Positions 36,595-49,421 of a stretch of 64,000 nt of DNA are shown in pieces. The stretch covers positions 11,688,741-11,752,740 of the forward strand of contig OZ037768.1 in NCBI GenBank assembly GCA_964035545.1, given 5' to 3'. A program made the position numbers and the translations under genes. This stretch comes from Bugula neritina (Eukaryota > Animalia > Bryozoa). The notes beneath the pieces were generated by a model. That model ran no database searches. It saw nothing but the letters and a program-made list of their open reading frames with translations, and was not told the origin of the DNA. The first letter of the stretch is position 1. Every line of letters begins with the position of its first letter.

Positions 36595-37655
36595 GATTAC
36601 ATTTTTATACTATAAAGTTTCAATAATATGGACTGTAGTTACATGCTAGGTTGAATTGTTATTTCATGCTGCTATCTACAATTTATGATATACATTGCTA
36701 GTGCCTTTACATACATACTTATTATACTACATACATTTTGTTTGCGTTAATATCATTATGCCTTATGTTGTATCATTATTATTTTAGTTTTTACAGTCAG
36801 TATTTGATCAACATTGGTGATTCAAATAAACTCTGATCACGGCTAAAACCCTCCCTATTCCTAGTCAGGCTGTATAAGCTAGAGTGTCACTCTAAAGCAA
36901 GAATCATAGCAAAGAGTGTCATTCTATAGAGGGAGATCTCTGCCTGATTACATCACATTACGTAGAGGTAGGTTAAGTAAAGGGCAAAATTAGAAACTTA
37001 CCATAAGAAGTCGTTTTCTTAAACCGAATTAGTGAACTTAGGCTATCTCAATTTTTCCACTGATCGTAATGCTCTAAATGTACATGTGAGTATTTGTCTG
37101 TATATATATGTATATACAACAATATTTTTAAAATTAGTATTCACACAAATGTATATTATTTCAAGTTTTTGCATAATGTTTTTTTACTCTAAATGAACTT
37201 CACACCCAAATTTAGTATGAGTTAAAAATACTTAAGCTACCTATCTCAATTATTTTACTGTTGCGCAGCAATATTGCTATATTTTGCTTTCAATCTTAGA
37301 ATTAGGACATGTACATTAAAAGTTTTTACTTGATATTTCAATTGTGCAATTCATTCAATATACTTTTAAAGTTATATATAATTTGCTGGATGTACATCTA
37401 TATTTTTTTATAAGACAAGTTGTTGTATTTCTAGTATAATTAATTGAAATGCATCTGACAAATGTATAGTTGTAGTTGAAGTTTAAAAAAAAATTTGTGA
37501 TCTAATGAAAAAGTTTGTAGTGGTAATAGTTTTCTTTGCCACATATATAAATAGTTCTACAGTATAATCATACGTTACATAACTACTTTCAAAAAGACAC
37601 TTCAACATATTTCTAACTATATGAGTATCATTTTATAGATACTACAAACATTGAC

Positions 37656-40136
37656 ATGCCTCAGTTTACCCTGATAGCTGGAATAATGCCATTGTTTGCT
37701 TATGCATACTTTGCTGTCCCAGAGGGAACTCCTTTCAGATGGAAGAAAATTACCAGTTACATTAAAGACCATTTGGCCAAGATTCAAAGCTATGGAGAGC
37801 TTACAAAAATAACTGTGAGTGTTTCTGTTGATTTAGAAACTAGCTTACGACAATATAATTGATTCACTAGAAATTTAATAATTTTGTATTTGAAGTTTTT
37901 CTAAATATTTTTTGAGAGATGTAATGAAAAAAAAGAAATGTTGTAAATTAACTGAATATCATACACCGTTGTTAGTAAAATATCATCGCACAACAGTAAA
38001 TACGATAACTTTGGTTAAATGCTTAGTTTAAAGTAATGAGATATTGGCAGAAACTCTAGGTAATCGCATGGCTTCCTGTAGAAAGCTAGTCACATATGGA
38101 AATTTTTGAAAACACCCTTTTAATGTTTATGAATTGGATAAGAGGCAATGTGTATTACAAAATAAAATGTTTTAAATTTAAAATTAGGTTGGAGCTGGAA
38201 AGCATAAAGAGAGTAACTATGAGTGCAGCAGTTTTTACAAAGAAGTGTTCCGGATCATTGGGGAAGATAATTTGATGGTGTACAACCTTCCTTTAAAATC
38301 TCATATGGTGTTTTTACCAAAAAAGAAGCTATGTTGTGACCAGGTCGGTTAATATTTAAATCATTAAAAGTATTTCATTAGTGTATATGCGTATCTGGTA
38401 TTATATATTATGAATAGCTAGCAGAGTTGGGGTAGTTGTAATTGGTTGTAATTAATTACATTTACTAAAGTAATTGAATGTAATTTGTAATTGATGTATA
38501 AGAATTTGATTGTAATTGTAATTAATAAAGAATTGCTAATGTTTTTGAATTTAATGTCATATTTATCAACCTATTTTTTACTGTTAAGAACAAAGAAGGT
38601 TTTCAGTTGTCAAAATTGCCCCAGAAATGAGATTAAATAACATTTAGTACTCTTTTGTTAGGACAAATAATCTTGTAATTGTAATTAATTACATTACCAT
38701 GTAATTGACTCCAACCTTGATAGCTAGAGTAGTAAAAAACCTTTGTACCAGTGTATGTTATCAACTTTTCACTAATGTAGATTATGAAGATAGACAAAGA
38801 TCGGCCATCGGAAGTTGTAGTGTATACACGAGATGGTATGTCAACAGCACAAGTGTATCACACTACGTGCAGCAAATGTAAGACTGCATATTTTCCAACT
38901 TATGAAGAAACCAACACCAGCAGAACATTCTACACAACATCAAAGGACGATAAAATTATGATGACAAGCCGGTCAACAGCCTTTACATTGGATTACCTTA
39001 AAGAAGTGCTAGTTGATATTCAACTAGGTCGCAGCTTTGGGGAGCTCTGTGAGCGATACAGTAAGCTGTATGGCTCAGATGAGTACAGAGGAGAAGTTTT
39101 TAAAACCAGACTAGAAGATGTTTATTTTATAGCCCAGCTATTAAAATACTTCAATAACAATGTCAGCTTCTCAAAAGATAATATAGCTAACCGGCTTGCC
39201 ATAGATGACGTGTGTGATGAAGCAGCTGAAATAATATTCGCACAGAACAGTAAATGGGCTGCTCACAATTGTAAAATAAAAGGTTGCTCAGAGGGATTTG
39301 TTATGTGTGATGGCAATGAAAAAATAAACAGAAGAATTTGTGCTGCTCCTAAACAACATTTTAAGTTAGGGAAGGGAATGCCCAACACTATAGGTTGCTG
39401 CCCAAACACACCAACTTTAGGAGGAAAAAACAAATCCTCGTCGGTATATTGCAAAGATCATCAATTTTTAGATTCAGACATTGTTGACAAACACATCATA
39501 GTGACAATTAATGTGCCAGATCAAGCTGTATCATCTAGGATTGTTGATGTGAGTAAAGATGTGGTAAAGATGCAAGAAGAAGATGAAAATATTGGCTGCA
39601 AAAAAACAAAGAATATAACTAGATTTCATCAAAAAACAGCTGGGATTATGGCCATTGTCAAGCCCTGTGGGATAATCATAGATCATCGGGAGATGTACAC
39701 TTGTGAATCGGCAAGCCAACTCTTTGTCCAGTTGTTGAAGTTAATAGATGATCATGGAGACAAGTTGAAATATGTGGGCTATGACAGGGCATGTGAATTT
39801 CAGCCATTTGTGGAGCGACTGCATAAGAACGGAAATGCTGGTGCTGCTGAGCTCAGCAAGTTGAAATATCTGGTAGACAGATTTCACATCAGAGGTCATA
39901 CAAAAGCAGAGTGTGACATTTCCCAAGCCTCATGCAAATACCATCCAGATTTGCCGATCTTCACGGAAATAAGTGCAGCAAACACAGAATGTGCAGAGCA
40001 AACATTCTCCTGGCTAAAGAAGTATAAGCATACCGTTAAATACATGACTGCGGCAAAATTTCGGTTTTTCCTATACTCAATAATAGAGGACCGGAATACA
40101 GAAATCCACCAACAGCAAAAAGGAAAATTTCTTTGA
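37656..40136 (+). CDS. KDZ transposase, second identical copy
   Basis: Exons 37656-37814, 38188-38343 and 38781-40136; protein identical to 30889..33369. Confidence 0.85.
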
Positions 40137-40325
40137 AATAACACTTATTTTTATTTCTATATAGTTTAAATTTTTTTACTTTACCATAATTTTACTTATT
40201 ATTATCTGAATTCCTTGTGAAAAAAACATAAATGTTAACAATTCTGACAGCTCAACATGTAAAATATATTTAAAACATTGTCTTAACATTTCCAACAAGC
40301 AAGTCAACATAATTGAAAATAGCTT

Positions 40326-42206
40326 TGTCTAACACTTTCAACAAATATCTGAAAGTGTTGATATATAAAAGCATTGAATTTCCAACAATCTAACAATCTA
40401 ACAAAATAATCAGATAGGGCTCTGTCTAACACTTTCAACAAATCTCCAACACTTTTTTATATATAAAAGCATTGAATTTTCAACAATCTAACAATCTAAC
40501 AGAATAATCAGATAGGGCTCTGTCTAACACTTTCAACAAATCTCCAACACTTTTTTATATATAAAAGCATTGAATTTTCAACAATCTAACAATCTAACAA
40601 AATAATCAGATAGGGCTCTGTCTAACACTTTCAACAAATCTCCAACACTTTTTTTATATATAAAGCATTGGATTTTCAACAATCTAACAATCTAACAAAA
40701 TAATCAGATAGGGCTCTGTCTAACACTTTCAACAAATCTCCAAAAGTGTAGATATATAAAAGCATTGAATTTCCAACAATCTAACAATCTAACAAAATAA
40801 TCAGATAGGGCTCTGTCTAACACTTTCAACAAATCTTCAACACTTTTTTATATATAAAAGCATTGGATTTTCAACAATCTAACAAAATAATCAAATAGGG
40901 CTCTGTCTAACACTTTCAACAAATCTCCAACACTTTTTTATATATAAAAGCATTGGATTTTCAACAATCTAACAATCTAACAAAATAATCAGATAGGGCT
41001 CTGTCTAACACTTTCAACAAATCTCCAACACTTTTTTATATATAAAAGCATTGGATTTTCAACAATCTAACAATCTAACAAAATAATCAGATAGGGCTCT
41101 GTCTAACACTTTCAACAAATCTTCAACACTTTTTTATATATAAAAGCATTGGATTTTCAACAATCTAACAATCTAACAAAATAATCAGATAGGGCTCTGT
41201 CTAACACTTTCAACAAATCTCCAAAAGTGTAGATATATAAAAGCATTGAATTTTCAACAATCTAACAAAATAATCAGATAGGGCTCTGTCTAACACTTTC
41301 AACAAATCTCCAACACTTTTTTATATATAAAAGCATTGAATTTTCAACAATCTAACAATCTAACAAAATAATCAGATAGGGCTCTGTCTAACACTTTCAA
41401 CAAATCTCCAACACTTTTTTTATATATAAAGCATTGGATTTTCAACAATCTAACAATCTAACAAAATAATCAGATAGGGCTCTGTCTAACACTTTCAACA
41501 AATCTCCAACACTTTTTTTATATATAAAGCATTGGATTTTCAACAATCTAACAATCTAACAAAATAATCAGATAGGGCTCTGTCTAACACTTTCAACAAA
41601 TCTTCAACACTTTTTTATATATAAAAGCATTGGATTTTCAACAATCTAACAATCTAACAAAATAATCAGATAGGGCTCTGTCTAACACTTTCAACAAATC
41701 TCCAACACTTTTTTATATATAAAAGCATTGAATTTTCAACAATCTAACAATCTAACAAAATAATCAGATAGGGCTCTGTCTAACACTTTCAACAAATCTC
41801 CAACACTTTTTTATATATAAAAGCATTGAATATTCAACAATCTAACAATCTAACAAAATAATCAGATAGGGCTCTGTCTAACACTTTCAACAAATCTCCA
41901 AAAGTGTAGATATATAAAAGCATTGAATTTTCAACAATCTAACAATCTAACAAAATAATCAAATAGAGCTCTGTCTAACACTTTCAACAAATCTCCAACA
42001 CTTTTTTATATATAAAAGCATTGGATTTTCAACAATCTAACAATCTAACAAAATAATCAGATAGGGCTCTGTCTAACACTTTCAACAAATCTCCAACACT
42101 TTTTTATATATAAAAGCATTGAATTTTCAACAATCTAACAATCTAACAAAATAATCAGATAGGGCTCTGTCTATCACTTTCAACAAATCTCCAACAATCT
42201 AACAAA
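40326..42206 (-). repeat. Right subterminal array 2 (duplicate), ~19 x 98 bp
   Basis: Copy of 33559..35439. Confidence 0.97.
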
Positions 42207-42340
42207 TATGATACACTAGTCAGCCCTTGTCTAACAGTTGTATCCATAGCTCTCTACAATTCCAAATATGTTGGTAGGACTCATCTAACACAAGTCAAAA
42301 GCTTTCAACAAAAATGCTATTCAGTGAGGAATTTTTAGTC

Positions 42341-42366
42341 AAAATCTCCATTTCTGCACCTAACTG
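42341..42366 (-). repeat. Right TIR (outer)
   Basis: Followed by the TSD TAAAAGAT at 42367-42374. Confidence 0.87.
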
Positions 42367-43037
42367 TAAAAGATGCGAAGGTGGGTAGTAAAACCACATA
42401 ACAACTCGTGTACCTGGTAAGGATGCTACAAGCTAAGTGTTATAGTATGACATTATTCATCTCAGAAAATTACCAGTTTATGTGAACTACTCATGTAATT
42501 TCTATAATGCAATAAAGGAAACTATATTATCTTTCTCTGCTGGTGACTTTTTTAGTCTTGTTGATGTGTTATCACTATGTTTTATATTATGTACAACATG
42601 TGATTGGGGATTTCCTTTTATCTTTAGCCAATAACATGGAATGTTATTATCAGTTATTTATATAATTGTTCCAACTACATGGGTCAGGATAAGGTTACAA
42701 TAGGCATTAATGGTTAAGGAAAATTCAAGTTATTATCAGCTGACAAAGCACTAGTCATGGAACTATTCACTGGAAAGTTGAGCATGACTATTTGGGTTTT
42801 ACAATACTGTTTATCATTTGTTTTTAGAACATGCGCCTTCCAAAGGGATATAAAGCTGGCTGCTGGACAAAGTGTTTTCCAAATAGCAGTTCGTAGCTTC
42901 AGGATAAGTTTTGTTTTTATTGCAGATGAAAGTTTAGAGCAGAAGTTCGTCAACTGGAAAGCTATATAAAATATTACACTTACAGATTGCTAGAGTGAAT
43001 AGATCAACATATTGTATAGTATTACATCTTGGTTATC

Positions 43038-46000
43038 ATGAATGGACTTGACAAAGATACATCCTTCACTCAACAGCGAAGGTTTTCTAGCATCTCTACA
43101 TTTCCAACTGATTCAGAGGATGCATCAGTACTGAAGATTATAACGCTAGGGAATGTCGGCGTGGGCAAGTCAACGCTGCTGGCAAGTTATGTCAGAGAAA
43201 CTTGCCAATTAGACCTCTCGCACCAGAGTCTAGTGAGAGACAAAATAGTAGAGCGTGACGGATCCTTGTTGCAATTGGGATTGTGGGACACTGCAGGTAG
43301 GCTTCATTAAAGCAACATGTTTTGCTAGTAACTCCCTTTTTTGTAAAACTTAATGAGCATTAGACTCCCACCCTATGTATAGAATTGAGCTAGAGATTTA
43401 GTTTGTTGTTATAAAAACTGGGTTCTATAATTTATATATTTACACAAATCTTCCTGGTAGGGTCCTAAATATTTAGCTTGGTCATTCAGTTCAACACATG
43501 TATATAACATATATCAACATAAAAGTTGTTGAACAACTTTTATGGGTTGATCCAAAGTTACTAGGATAACAAGGTTTAGGTCTATCTGAATATATGATGA
43601 AGGTTATTCCATTGAATACTGTATTATTATATTTAACATACAACAAGGAAGTGTAGAATCCCCTTAGTATATAGCTGAATTAGGTCATCAACACCCACTA
43701 ACTCCACCAGGCCACACCATTGCTTGTCAGCAAACATCCCACCTCCACTTTTTGTCATGTCTGTGGGTCAGTATAATTATTCCTTAGGAAAGTAACTGCT
43801 GTTCAGCTGCTACCAGCTATGACAGAGAAGAAAGTACTTTGTGTTGTGCAGGACATGGTGGGTGATCGGAGCTGCTAAGCTGGCAGCAGGGTATCTGAGG
43901 AGAACGTCTATGACATTTTTTGTGTAAATATGTAACTAGAAAAAGGAACCCTGTAATGAAGTGAGGATTCCCTTGGGGTCAGGACCCATAGACTGGAATA
44001 ATTGATGTTATAGTGCAGAGGTGTTCAACCTTTTTAGACCGAGAGCCACTAAAAAGAATATTCTGGTGGCGAGGGCTAGGGGCTACAGTATCAGTATTTT
44101 TCAAACTGCTTTATTCCAAAACTTTGTGAATCATTGCGCAATTAAGTCCCAATAGTTACTGCAGGCTGCATGTTTTGTAGAACGCGTAGAAATAAGACAT
44201 TTAAAAGGTGGTTTGTCACTCTAATCCATATATATACGTGTGAAAACTAATTTTAGCTTTATGCCTTCGAGGGCCACATAGATGTAGGCTGGGGGCCACA
44301 TCCGGCCCTTGCATGGGGCTGCTTGTTGGACAGCCCTGTTATAGTGTATAGGGCCTATAGAGCCTGGTGATGATAAGCAAATTTGGTTATTCCATATAAT
44401 TGGTTTATAATGTTCCATTGTTTAAATGCTAATATCTCTTTATCTCAAGGTTATGCAACTGTAGACAGATATGCAGCTTAAATTATTAGTGTTAGTTGTC
44501 AGCTCTAGTGTTTTAGTCTGAGAATTTGATGAGGAACTAAAAAGATATAGTTACAGCCATGCAATGAATATACCATATAGGCAATGCAATATGATACGAA
44601 AAGACAATTAATTGCTAATTTCAGCGGTATATATTATAAACATGTCATATATTTAACATGCATAACATACAATGCCATGGTATTTTACACATGGAATTAA
44701 GTATGTTAGTATGAATATGTAACTGCTGATATAACAAATTTGCATTGGAGCAGTCTGTAACCATTCTAGTTTGTGTGAGTAAAATTTAGATTAATGATTT
44801 TGGCAGGGCAAGAAAGATATGATAGCATCACATCAAATTACTACAGAGACGCACAGGGATGCCTCCTCTGCTTTGATATAACAGATGAAAAGTCATATGC
44901 AGACCTAATAAACTGGTAAAAATAGTTTTATTCATCTAAACTCTAAAGCAATATTTCATACATATTTTTGACTTGTTGTATAGGAGTTGTACTCCCATTG
45001 ATGTTATGTAGATGAGACAACTTCTACTCAATAATTATGACTCTTATTAGATATGATATTTTTATTCGACATTCATCTAGCACTTAGCTGTGGAAATATT
45101 ATTGCGAGATAATTTTTTAACTGATATGTTAACATGCACAATGAATGTTCGGTTTTGGTTGAAGCAACCTGGGGAATGTGCTAATTTTCATTTCAAGAAC
45201 GCCCTACTTTGAGAATTCCTAATATTATTATGATGATCACAGCTATGGTTCTCTCTATATAACCTAGTCAAAATAGTATAGCTATTCATCAGAGTGTTTA
45301 AGGATTTCTACACAAATCCATTTCTTAGCTGACAAGATCAAAACTAATGTAGAACTTTGATTTCAAACTCAAGAAATACTTGAATTGAGTCGTACCCATT
45401 GTAAGTTGAGTACTGAATGATGATCACACATTTCATTAGATATGCAATAGTAGTTGTGAACACTTCAAGTTTTGATGGAAGCATGCATAGTATAGCAGCA
45501 TAACCAATTTTTATTGCGCTATAAAGTACAATTATCTGTTTGCAGTCTAGTAAAATAGCTGATAGTGCAATGTGTCGATATTAAGCATCGGATATCAATC
45601 GATGCACAATTTTTTCTACATAATTATATATATTACACTAATTAAAATTGCAAAAAGTACAGAAATTTTAATTAAAAATTGTAGGCATGATAGACTTTTA
45701 ATAAACTAGGCATTATAGATGCATTTTGATGTGTATTGCAGAAAACGAATCTGGTTTATTATTGCTGCTTACATTCTTTTAGGCACAACAAATTGAAGTA
45801 TCTCTGTGACCCTCTGCCACCCACATTACTTGTGGGAACTAAGGCAGACCTACGACACTCTACAGAGTATACCGATACAGTAACAAGTACTACAGACTGC
45901 CTACTAGCTGGTAGAAATCTCGGACTCAATTACAAAGAAGTGAGTTGCCACCAGCAAGATACTATAGACGATACATTCACCACTCTCATTGATCTAATAC

Positions 46001-46116
46001 TGGAAGAAAGGAGAAAAATGGCTCTGCAGGACAATAATAACAATGATCTCTCTCTGTCGATAACTATTAATAGACCTGTTCCAGTAAAAAAAAGTTTCTG
46101 TAGAAATCTTTGCTAA
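43038..46116 (+). CDS. Divergent Rab-like small GTPase, 3 exons
   Basis: Exons 43038-43296, ~44807-44915 and 45783-46116. G1 GNVGVGKS, G3 WDTAGQERY, RabF-like ITSNYYRDAQG, CFDITD, G4 GTKAD, G5 EVSC, C-terminus CRNLC. Confidence 0.88.
44016..44338. mobile_element. hAT/Charlie-like MITE in Rab intron 1
   Basis: 8-bp TSD TTATAGTG (44008-44015 / 44339-44346). Termini CAGAGGTGTTCAAC vs reverse complement CAGGGCTGTCCAAC. Confidence 0.82.
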
Positions 46117-47094
46117 TTCACATGTAGTTTAAAACTTTACTTATAATAGTGTATGCATAAATCATACGCCATTATAAGTAAACTCAGCCACAAGGCTGGA
46201 TATGATACAACTTGCACAGCTATACTATACTACAGTGTCTACTTAGTTTATGAATAGCAGCTGATTTTTGTGTCCTTTATAATGGCTTTATATAATATTT
46301 AGATTATTAATATTTAGATACCATATCAAGTTTTTTAGTTGTATATAAGAGAGTTTAAATGTTACACACAACTAGCAGTTGGATGGTTTCTCAAAAATTG
46401 ATTGTAACACAATATTCATATCTGTTGGTAGAAATGCTTTTCTAATGTTATATAATTTTGATACTCTACTGTACAGTTTGACATTGAAACTATGTGTATA
46501 TATGCTTTTATATTTCACTAGTATTATTATTGAACTATATTTATTATTTGTGTTGACGCTTGAACATAGCTCATTGAAAATAGCTATTATAATTTCAAAG
46601 TAAATAAAATATTAGCAAACCAGTATGACATTATGTGATAACAGAGAAATATTTTAACACAGTTTTGGTGTCTTATTTTTCATATTAGTGTATAGCAATA
46701 CAATTTTCATATGTAGATTATAAAGTATTTATACTTAATCAAAATATGAAATAAAGTAACATAGCACATATGCATTATGACTAAAATCTTACTTTGTACC
46801 GAAAATATATATAAATGGCATAATGATATGCTGTGATATATTGAGTATTAAAACAAACATGGATAAAACAACTCCTAGCGTGTTGATTGTAGCAAGGACA
46901 TAAAATGTTCATCAGTTACAGTTTTTTTATATTATAAATCAAATGACGGCATAAAAACCATAAAATATTCAACTACACTCCACCATACAAACAGTACCTT
47001 ACTAGTGGTAAAAGTTTATGCAAACCTAAAGAGTTATATGACCAGCTGGATCCTGGTTCATTGCTTGTGGCTCAGTTCTTCACTTAACGTCACT

Positions 47095-49421
47095 TCCTAT
47101 TGAAACAACACAAGTGAAGAATAATATTTGCTTTAATAACATCAGAAGTGCACTCAGCTCAACATAAGAATTCATCATTATTAGTCAGCATAATAATGAA
47201 ATTAGCTACAATATTGTATGAAAAAGGAGAAATAACTCCAAAAAGACAGAAATGGTGAAGGAGCACTGATAAAATTCCTTTTAACAATAATGGGCATAGA
47301 AGAAATAACTCCAACAAGACAGTAAATGCTGAACAAAAATAAAAACTTTTGGGCTATATAGCTTAGTTGATAAAATCCTTTTTCTTGCAAACATTTACAG
47401 AATATTTTGTGGTTGTGGTGAAAACTGAAAATTAAATCAACATTTTAGACCAGCTGCTAAGTTTTTGCAAAATATTATAGTCATATTAGTAATAGGGAAT
47501 ACATACATGTGTGTCGTTCTTGTCGACGAGATCTATTGTGTCGCTGAGCCTCATGGCACATTTTCTTTAACATTTCCACGATTGCTTTGGGTTGAATGTT
47601 GAGTTTGAGCAAATTGAGTATTATTCTACAACATAATATCAACAATCTATAAAAAGTTTCTTTACAATAATAAAACATCGACAAATACATTCTAGTTAAT
47701 GGTAAATAACCTATCAGTTACAAAGATTAACAGAATGAAAACGAGCTAATATCTATTTTAAGTCGGCGAATCAACAATTAGGCATGGTATGTTTACATTG
47801 GCCAGTTTCACAAAAATCTTAAAACATAAGCATGCAGAAAATTAATGTTATATTTGTTCATTTATTAATGATCAAAGGTGGGAATTCTGGAAGTATCTTG
47901 TTTAAAGTTTTTAACCTGCAAAATTTCTTGAAACTAGTTATTAATTTGATAGCACGCGTTAAAAATACTTTATGCAGAAGTTTTACGTAGATAAAATGAA
48001 ACAATAACAGCAGGAGGATTATCACTTCTTTGTCCTGAATTATAAGCAATCAAAATAATAACACGCGTGATTCGGAAATCTTGTTAACATCATATTAAAA
48101 TATTACTTTTATTTATAAGAATAATTAGCCCCTCAATTTAATGGCAGTTAAAATAGTAAATCAGTTAAAAATATGAAAGCGATTTGAAAAGTAAAGATAA
48201 TTTTTTGAAAAAACAAAATAATTATAATTGTAATGCATGCCTAATTTTTTAATATTATGTTGTTTCAGGAGTTGTCTTTACACAGTAATCATTTCAATAG
48301 TTTTGAGGGAATACTTTTTATTTGAGAGTGTATTAATGTGGGTAGCCTCACTCGAAATTCGCTCACATGTTGAACAGGGAGCTGCATTGAAGCTTTTATC
48401 AAGTGATCAAGTGAAATTTATATGGGAATGAAAGCTCAATATGGTGACAGTTGTTTAAACCAAAACAGAGTTTTTAAATGGGCTAACAGTTTTAAGGAAA
48501 GAACGACCTCTTTAGAGAGTGAACCTGGGTCAGGTAGGCCAATAGCAAAAGAGGCGGCTAGACCAGCCAATTTGGAAACTTAGAAAAAACTTTTGTCAGG
48601 GCAGTCAGGAAAGTAACAATATAGGAGAAAATTGCTAAGTTAATAAACATTTCCATTGGAACAGTGCATCTCATCTAAGTTTAGAAAGAGATTAAGTAGA
48701 AGAGTATAGGCATGCAATCACACAGTGTCCATATCCACAAAGACACTGCAAGGCCATAATCTGCCACTTAAACAATTGAGACCATCAGCAAACTAGGCTG
48801 GAAACTGTTGGAGCATCCTGGTCTTCCACCTTGTGAATACCATTTCTTTGGTGCTTCAAGTTCCACACCAAAGCTATTCATTCACATAGAGACTTATGAC
48901 GACGTCAAAACTACTGCGAGCGAATTTTTACTGAGTCAATCTACTGAATCTTATGCTGAGGGAGTAAAAAAGATAGTGCCAAGATAAAAAAATATGTGTT
49001 CACTTGCCAAGAAATTATGTTGAAAATTAAAAAAAAATCAAATCTCTAACTCGATCACAACTTGACTTATAGCAAAATTATTTTTAGTTTTCGAATCGCC
49101 CACATAGTAATACAAGTTCATAAGCAGTTTTAGAATACATTAAATGCATGTAAACAATCGTAACTTATATTATAAAATATTACGAACTAACAAGGTTTTT
49201 CCTTTACCGAACAATCAATCAAATCCATCAGATTACTCATAGGTGATTACAAGTACTAAAATATATGTAGGTTTATTTTTGACAGCAGTACACTTTTAGA
49301 CTAACTTGAAAACTTTAGGATCAATAGTAACTCCAGCCAGATCGGTCAACTCATACAATTCTGTTTCTTCGACATTAAATGGCAAGCTACTGGTCAAGGT
49401 AAAAGATTCCATCACCATCAT
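47095..49421 (-). CDS. MZT2: Mitotic-spindle organizing protein 2 (MOZART2/GCP8)-like, ~78 aa
   Basis: Exons 49421-49306 and 47625-47507, with the stop codon split into a third exon (47096-47095). Protein MMVMESFTLTSSLPFNVEETELYELTDLAGVTIDPKVFKIILNLLKLNIQPKAIVEMLKKMC... matches the MZT2 core EExELYEL...IDPxVFKI..LLKLN..P......LKxMC. Confidence 0.85.
48172..49106 (+). mobile_element. Degenerate mariner element in MZT2 intron 1
   Basis: TA-flanked imperfect TIRs (TGAAAGCGATTTGAAAAGTAAAGATAATTT vs reverse complement TGTGGGCGATTCGAAAACTAAAAATAATTT). Decayed transposase: MKAQYGDSCL..VFKW..F..EPGSGRP and LGWKLLEHP..LPPCEYHFFG. Confidence 0.8.

Larger units (their letters stand above)
19533..42366. 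mobile_element. Giant KDZ-superfamily DNA transposon (core 19533..35599 plus duplicated right part)
   Basis: Left end GAGGTAGGTGCAGTAATGGAGATATT versus reverse complement of the right end CAGTTAGGTGCAGAAATGGAGATTTT (22/26 match). Flanking direct repeat TAAAAGAT at 19525-19532 and 42367-42374. Inverted subterminal arrays and an internal KDZ transposase gene. Confidence 0.88.
35600..42366 (+). repeat. Tandem duplication unit 2 (partial BEL fragment, IR arm 36040..36425, transposase, MITE 38422..38719, array, TIR)
   Basis: ORF translations are identical to unit 1 and the array variants occur in the same order. Confidence 0.95.
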
